From positions 2,016,001 to 2,080,000 of the forward strand of contig CBDATQ010000001.1 of the NCBI GenBank assembly GCA_965199955.1: a stretch of DNA of 64,000 nucleotides, given 5' to 3'. Origin of the DNA: Spirochaetia bacterium. GTDB lineage: Bacteria > Spirochaetota > Spirochaetia > SZUA-6 > Bin103. Shown here one piece after another: positions 58,964 to 64,000 of the stretch (position 1 is the stretch's first letter; every line of letters starts with the position of its first letter). A program made the translations under genes and the position numbers. The notes under the pieces are model-generated. The model was not told the origin of the DNA. It saw only the letters and a program-made list of their open reading frames with translations, and searched no databases.

Positions 58964-59427
58964 CCGCTATCGACACGAACGTGCTGGTCCACTACCACCG
59001 GGAAGAGATGCCGAAACACGATCAGGCCGTGTCCTTGGTAAGCAGCCTCGCCGAAGGAGACACGCCATGGGGAGTGCCGGTGTTCTGTCTCGGAGAGTTC
59101 CTGCGCATCGTGACCCATCCGAGGGTGTTCGATCCGGCCACGGGTGTCGATGACGCTGTCTTGACGCTTGCCGAGGTGCTGAAGAGCCCGTCGACGAGCG
59201 TCCTGAACCCGGGCGCACGGTATTGGTCGCTCCTGCAGCAGGTACTGACCGACTCTCAGGCGACCGGCAATGTCGTCTTCGACGCACAACTCGTTGCCGT
59301 GTGCATCGAGCACGGGGTCGACACGCTGATCTCCGAGGATCGTGACTTCGCCCGCTTCACGGACATCACCGCTGTCCCGATGGGGATGCCGCGCGATCGG
59401 CGTGGCACGGCCGCCGACACCACATGA
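58960..59427 (+). CDS. PIN-domain (VapC) toxin
   Basis: AIDTNVLV, GEFLRIVTHPR, GNVVFDAQ, SEDRDFARF. Confidence 0.92.
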   Translation: MTAIDTNVLVHYHREEMPKHDQAVSLVSSLAEGDTPWGVPVFCLGEFLRIVTHPRVFDPATGVDDAVLTLAEVLKSPSTSVLNPGARYWSLLQQVLTDSQATGNVVFDAQLVAVCIEHGVDTLISEDRDFARFTDITAVPMGMPRDRRGTAADTT

Positions 59428-59464
59428 GCCGGCATGCCCGTTCCTCAGGGAGAGGGCATACCAT

Positions 59465-60514
59465 CTAATCGAGTACGACCTCCCGGCCGGTGGCGGCCGA
59501 CCGGTAGATCGCGTCGAGCACGCGCTGCACGCTGAGCACCTGGTCGAGCGTGACGCAGGGCTCCTCGCGGCCCAGGATGATGTTGACGAAGTGGTGCATG
59601 CGGCTGGCGTGCGGGTAGGTGAGCTCGCCCGCGTCGGGTGACTGGATGACGTGGTAACCGTCGGCCGCCTGCCTGCAGAGCCGCCGTCCATACGTGTCGA
59701 TCGCCCCTTCGGTGCCGTACAGCTCCACGTTCATGTCGTTGCTCCGGTCCAGGTGCATGGCCCAGGCCACTTCCAGCAGCACGGTGGCACCGCCGTCGAG
59801 CTTGATGACCGCGGTGGCGAAGTCGTCCACGTCGAACTGTCCGCTCGCGCGTTCCGACATCCCCCAGTCGCCCTCGCCGAGCCCTCGGTTGCCGAACTCG
59901 GTATAGGTCGCCCCCGACACCGAGCGCGGCCGGAAGTTGTCGAGCAGGAAGAGGGCGTTGTCCAGCATGTGCACGCCGATGTCGAGCAGTCCGCCGCCGC
60001 CCGAAATCTCCTTGCGGGTGAACCAGCTCCCGATTCGCGGTATCCCCGATCGGCGCCGCCAGAACGCCTTGCAGTGGTAGGCGCGGCCGATCCGGCCCGC
60101 CTTCATGAGCTGCCTGGCGCGCTGCACCTCCGGCGCGAAGCGCTGGTTCATGCCCAGCATGAAGTGGGTATCCGCCTCACGCGCGGCGGCGGCCGTCTGC
60201 TCGGCGTCCTCCCGGCTCAGCGCCAGGGGTTTCTCCTGCAGCACGTGCTTGCCGGCCTGCAGCGACAAGGCCGACAGCGGCGCGTGCAGGTTGTTGGGCA
60301 CGGCGATGTAGACCGCGTCGATCTCTTCGATGGCGAGCAGCCGCTCCGGCTCCTCGACCACCTGCGTCACGGTGTCGTAGCGCAGTGTGAACTCCGCGGC
60401 CCGTTCCGCGTTGGGCTCGGCCACGGCGACGATCTCGGCTTCGGGATGATCGGCGAACTCGCTGCAGCTTCCCTGGGCGATGCTTCCCGCCCCGATGACT
60501 CCTATGCGAACCAT
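59465..60514 (-). CDS. Gfo/Idh/MocA oxidoreductase
   Basis: IGVIGAGSI, EKPLA, SGGGGLLDIGVH. Confidence 0.92.
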   Translation of the reverse strand: MVRIGVIGAGSIAQGSCSEFADHPEAEIVAVAEPNAERAAEFTLRYDTVTQVVEEPERLLAIEEIDAVYIAVPNNLHAPLSALSLQAGKHVLQEKPLALSREDAEQTAAAAREADTHFMLGMNQRFAPEVQRARQLMKAGRIGRAYHCKAFWRRRSGIPRIGSWFTRKEISGGGGLLDIGVHMLDNALFLLDNFRPRSVSGATYTEFGNRGLGEGDWGMSERASGQFDVDDFATAVIKLDGGATVLLEVAWAMHLDRSNDMNVELYGTEGAIDTYGRRLCRQAADGYHVIQSPDAGELTYPHASRMHHFVNIILGREEPCVTLDQVLSVQRVLDAIYRSAATGREVVLD

Positions 60515-60547
60515 GCGGGGCAGGGTAACGGCGACGCCCGAGCCCCG

Positions 60548-60967
60548 CTACCCGCGGGCGGTGGCGATCTGCCGCATCGCCTCGCGGAGCCTGGTGCGCT
60601 GCACGCCACGGTCATCGAAGTTGGCCGGGTCCAGCCACTCCTCGAACGCTTGGCTCGCGGCCTCCCACTCGCTGTCGATCATCGAGTACCAGGCGGTGTC
60701 GCGGTTGCGCGAGGCGATGCTCCTCAGCCACGTCACGAAGTCGCCCGAGCAGGAGAACGGACCGGCCGGAGAGTACGTCCAGTTCCGACCTTCGGGATCC
60801 ATGCTCACGCCCCGATAGATGCTTGCGGCGTGTTTCGACGGATCGAGCGGATCGAGCCTTGCCCAGTGACCCTGGACTGTTTCGTGCGGTGGCAGAGGGG
60901 GAGGCTGCCAGTCCGGTAGCGGGAAACCCACCACCTGGCCGAGCTCATTGTGTCGTTCGCGACTCAT
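60548..60967 (-). pseudogene. RimJ/RimL-type GNAT with in-frame central deletion
   Basis: N-terminal GQVVGFPLPDW...NWTYSPAGPF is joined directly to C-terminal RNRDTAWYSMIDSEW...WLDPANFD; acetyl-CoA-binding core absent. Confidence 0.78.
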
Positions 60968-61149
60968 GCCGCCGGTGAACTCGCGTCTACGTTGTCCATG
61001 ACGTCTCCTCGCCTCACGCACGGGGTGCATCCCGGCGTGGCTGTGAGATACCATCGTCTTCGAATTGCGAAAGGTCTAATGTCAGCGGCTTCACGGAACC
61101 ATTGCAACGCTTATCGCCGCCTCGCGGTCGGCAGGGCGCTGGTTCCGTG

Positions 61150-61566
61150 ATGCAGGTCAGAGGAGCCACTCCTGGCGACGTTGACCGGGTATTCTCTCTC
61201 GCCTCGGACCTCGCCACTTCGTTCGATGTTGAGGAACGGACGTTCAGGGCGTCGTATCAACAGGTATTGACGGATGACCATGCGCTGCTGCTCGTGGTCG
61301 AAGACAACAAGGAAGTGGTCGGCTACTGCCTCGGGTTCGACCATGTCACGTTCTTCGCGAACGGCAGGGTCGCATGGGTTGAAGAGATGATGGTGAGCGG
61401 CTCCCATCGGAGGAAGGGCGCCGGACGTTCGCTGATGACGGCGTTCGAGAGATGGTCAACCGCCCGCGGAGCGAAGCTCGTCGCCATGGCTACCCGCCGG
61501 GCAGCCGAGTTCTACCGGGCGGTGGGTTACGAGGAGTCGGCGACGTATTTCCGAAAGGTACTGTGA
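61150..61566 (+). CDS. GNAT acetyltransferase
   Basis: WVEEMMV, HRRKGAG, FYRAVGY. Confidence 0.88.
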   Translation: MQVRGATPGDVDRVFSLASDLATSFDVEERTFRASYQQVLTDDHALLLVVEDNKEVVGYCLGFDHVTFFANGRVAWVEEMMVSGSHRRKGAGRSLMTAFERWSTARGAKLVAMATRRAAEFYRAVGYEESATYFRKVL

Positions 61567-61607
61567 CACAGACCGGTTCGTGATCGTTCAGTACAAGGGA
61601 GTTCGGA

Positions 61608-62120
61608 ATGAGAGGAGTAGCGGTCGTTGCACTACGCGCGACCACGAGAGGACACGAGGTTCTGCTGATGCGCAGAACCCGAAGCAACGCGGGAGAGTGG
61701 TGCCAGATTGCCGGCTCCATAGAACCAGGCGAAACAGCGTGGCAGGCTGCGCTGCGCGAGATGAGGGAAGAGACTGCACTGGTGCCCAGTCGCCTTTATT
61801 CCGCTGATCTCTGCGAGCAGTTCTACGAAACCGGAACGGATTCGATCTGGGTCGCCCCGATCTTCGTTGCATACGTTGACTCGGAGGCTACCGTCAGGTT
61901 GAACGAGGAACACAGCGAGTATTGCTGGACTTCCATCGGCCGGGCTATCGATCTGCTACCGTTTCCAGGTCAGAAGACGATGTTGATGCACATTCATCGC
62001 TGGTTCGTCGAACGCGAACCGTCTCGACTGCTCGAGATAGACATCGGCGGCGTCCCGCACGTGACACGCTGTCGGCCGCGTAGCGCCGCTTCAGCGCATC
62101 GAGGTCGCCGTCGTACATGA
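61608..62120 (+). CDS. NUDIX hydrolase
   Basis: Nudix box GSIEPGETAWQAALREMREET; LNEEHSEY. Confidence 0.9.
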   Translation: MRGVAVVALRATTRGHEVLLMRRTRSNAGEWCQIAGSIEPGETAWQAALREMREETALVPSRLYSADLCEQFYETGTDSIWVAPIFVAYVDSEATVRLNEEHSEYCWTSIGRAIDLLPFPGQKTMLMHIHRWFVEREPSRLLEIDIGGVPHVTRCRPRSAASAHRGRRRT

Positions 62121-62842
62121 TCCGGCCCTTGTCGATGACGATCACGCGGTCGCAGAGCTTCTCGATGTCGCCCATGTCGTGCGTCGTCAGGATGACGGTC
62201 TTGCCGTGCGTGCGGTTGGCCTCTCGGATGAACTGGCGGATGTGCTCCTTGGCCCACGACGTCCAGCCCGATCGTCGGCTCGTCCAGGAAGATGAAGTCC
62301 GGGTCGTGCAGCATCGCGCAGCAGAAGTCGGCGCGCATGCGCTGCCCCAGGCTGAGCTGCCGCACCGCCACGTCCATGAACTCGTCGGTCGCCAGGATGT
62401 CGGCGAAGCGCGCCAGCGCCCGCTCGTAATCCGGCAGCGGAATGCCACATGTGGCGGATGACCTTGAAGGTGTCCGACACCGGGATGTCCCACCAGAGCT
62501 GGGTGCGCTGGCCGAACACGACGATGTTGCGGGCGTTGGCCATGCGCTGGCGGTGGGGGACGGTGCCGCCCACCGAGACCTCGCCGCTGGTCGGCACCAG
62601 GATGCCGACCAGCATCTTGCTGGTGGTCGACTTGCTGGCGCCGTTGGAGCCGATGTGCCGACCACCTCGCCCGGCTCGATGTCGAAGGAGATGCGGTCGA
62701 CCGCGGTGAGCACGTCGTACTCGGGCGCGAACAGCCCGCGCACCGCGCCGCCCAGCCCCGGCCGGCGGCGCTGGCGCTTGAACTCGCGGGTGATGTCGCA
62801 GACCCGTATTCCCGCGTGAGTTCCCGTCACCGTGGCCGTCAT
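62070..62842 (-). pseudogene. ABC-2/DrrA-like ATP-binding protein with several frameshifts, 3'-truncated
   Basis: AVDRISF, degenerate Walker A GSNGASKST, FGQRTQLWWD, LSLGQRMR, DEPTIGLD and TTHDM lie in several frames. Confidence 0.85.
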
Positions 62843-62919
62843 GAGAGCCGCGGATCGTACCACGGGACCGGCTCCCTTTTGTTGCCCGCGCTGCCCGCGG
62901 CCGATAGGCTGCGGATGCG

Positions 62920-63432
62920 ATGAGCAAGCAGGTGATCGCCCTGAGCGCACGGGCCGCGGCGGCGTTGCCTTCGATACCGGAGACCCAGCGCCAACTGAGG
63001 GAAGGCTACCTCGACGCCACGAGCCGCCTCTCCATCGACGAGCTGGAGGCGATGAGGGACTCGTACGTGGTCAGCATCGTCACGACGCACCCACGATGGG
63101 AGGTCATCGGGGTCCTGGAGAAGCTGGGGCTGTCACCGTATTGCCCGGCCGAGCACATCATCGTCGCGCCCAAGGGCCAGCGTCAGGACATCGACCACTG
63201 GCGGCGCTGGCGTGCCGGATTCGAGGCGGCCGGCACGCCGCTGGCAGCGGTCATCGACCACACGGGGGAGGGCGCAGGCTCCGTGGTCCATGCCCTGGGA
63301 ACGGCGCCCGACTTTGCCGGCGTGAGCCTCTACTACTGGCCATATGACGCGAAGGACCAGACGGCATCGACCGCCATCCGTATAGGTGGGCTGGCCGACA
63401 CGAAGGAGTACCGGCTGGCGACGCAGGGGTAG
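62920..63432 (+). CDS. Hypothetical protein
   Basis: 170-aa ORF with protein-like composition filling the gap; no motif recognised. Confidence 0.65.
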   Translation: MSKQVIALSARAAAALPSIPETQRQLREGYLDATSRLSIDELEAMRDSYVVSIVTTHPRWEVIGVLEKLGLSPYCPAEHIIVAPKGQRQDIDHWRRWRAGFEAAGTPLAAVIDHTGEGAGSVVHALGTAPDFAGVSLYYWPYDAKDQTASTAIRIGGLADTKEYRLATQG

Positions 63433-63447
63433 CCCGGCTGGGCCGGC

Positions 63448-63816
63448 TCAGTCCGGGATCTGGCTGGCTGCCATGCCGATGCAGTTGCCCTGCGGATCGG
63501 CGAACAGGGCGAACGTCACCGTCTTGGGGATCGTCGTCACCGGCATGATCACGGTGGCGCCGAGCTCGACCGCCTTCCGCAGCCGCTCCTCGATGTCGTC
63601 CACCTGTACGTAAAAGGTGACGCAGTTCGGACCGCCCTGGGTGCCGGTGATACCGCCGTTGATGCCGGCCGGGTCATTCGCGTCCTTGGTGGTGACGACG
63701 CCGTAGTCGATCGCCTCGTGCTGCTGGACGTTCCAGTCGAACAGCTCGCCGTAAAATGTGTGCAGCGCGCCGGGATCCTGCGACTGAATCTCAAAGTGAA
63801 CTACGGGATTCTTCAT
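63448..63816 (-). CDS. VOC/glyoxalase family protein
   Basis: NPVVHFEI, GINGGI, FADPQGNCIG. Confidence 0.9.
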   Translation of the reverse strand: MKNPVVHFEIQSQDPGALHTFYGELFDWNVQQHEAIDYGVVTTKDANDPAGINGGITGTQGGPNCVTFYVQVDDIEERLRKAVELGATVIMPVTTIPKTVTFALFADPQGNCIGMAASQIPD

Positions 63817-64000
63817 GGCGTCTGGCCTCCGTCGGCTTGTGCTCCGTTGGCACGGTCGAGTCCGTATTCTCGCGTGACCTGCAGGCGCTGCGCAAGGTGC
63901 CGCATGCGATCGGGACCGGCGGTGCGCAGCAACGGCTCCGCGTAGACCATGCCGGACCGCTTGACGGAGCCGGTCAGGAGCTCGACCAAGTGCGGCAGCG
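63813..64000 (-). CDS. 3' end of an unidentified CDS extending past the window edge
   Basis: Open frame LPHLVELLTGSVKRSG...DGGQTP-stop with ATGA overlap onto the VOC gene. Confidence 0.55.
   Translation of the reverse strand, partial: LPHLVELLTGSVKRSGMVYAEPLLRTAGPDRMRHLAQRLQVTREYGLDRANGAQADGGQTP

Overview
High-GC (roughly 70% by eye) bacterial chromosomal window of metabolic and accessory genes. I found no rRNA, tRNA, CRISPR array, integrase or transposase. Main blocks: (1) purine uptake and catabolism at 0.8-17.6 kb (Nup/BMP-type ABC transporter, uraD, guaD, ABM-domain gene, ade, xdhCAB), interrupted by small accessory inserts (LytTR, AAA-ATPase/nuclease remnant, NYN, RelBE-type TA); (2) a Liv-type ABC transporter; (3) an alpha-glucan locus centred on a 1633-aa protein that fuses an unknown N-terminal region, a GH13 domain with all three catalytic acids and a GT5 glycogen synthase, followed by a hairpin plus a perfect 50-bp palindrome, glgX and glgP; (4) catabolic enzymes (FG-GAP protein, amidohydrolase, SDR, 3HCDH, nucleoside hydrolase, DHDPS-like, two PhyH dioxygenases, three Gfo/Idh/MocA, GH151-like, AlkZ-like) mixed with three more TA modules. 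Gene decay is common: frameshifts, a nonsense codon, chimeric deletion scars and in-frame internal deletions, including a mini-glpK whose junctions fall on short repeated peptides. Several genes look leaderless. The GH13-GT5 fusion locus is the best candidate for an undescribed system. All family calls come from motif recognition by eye, not database searches.
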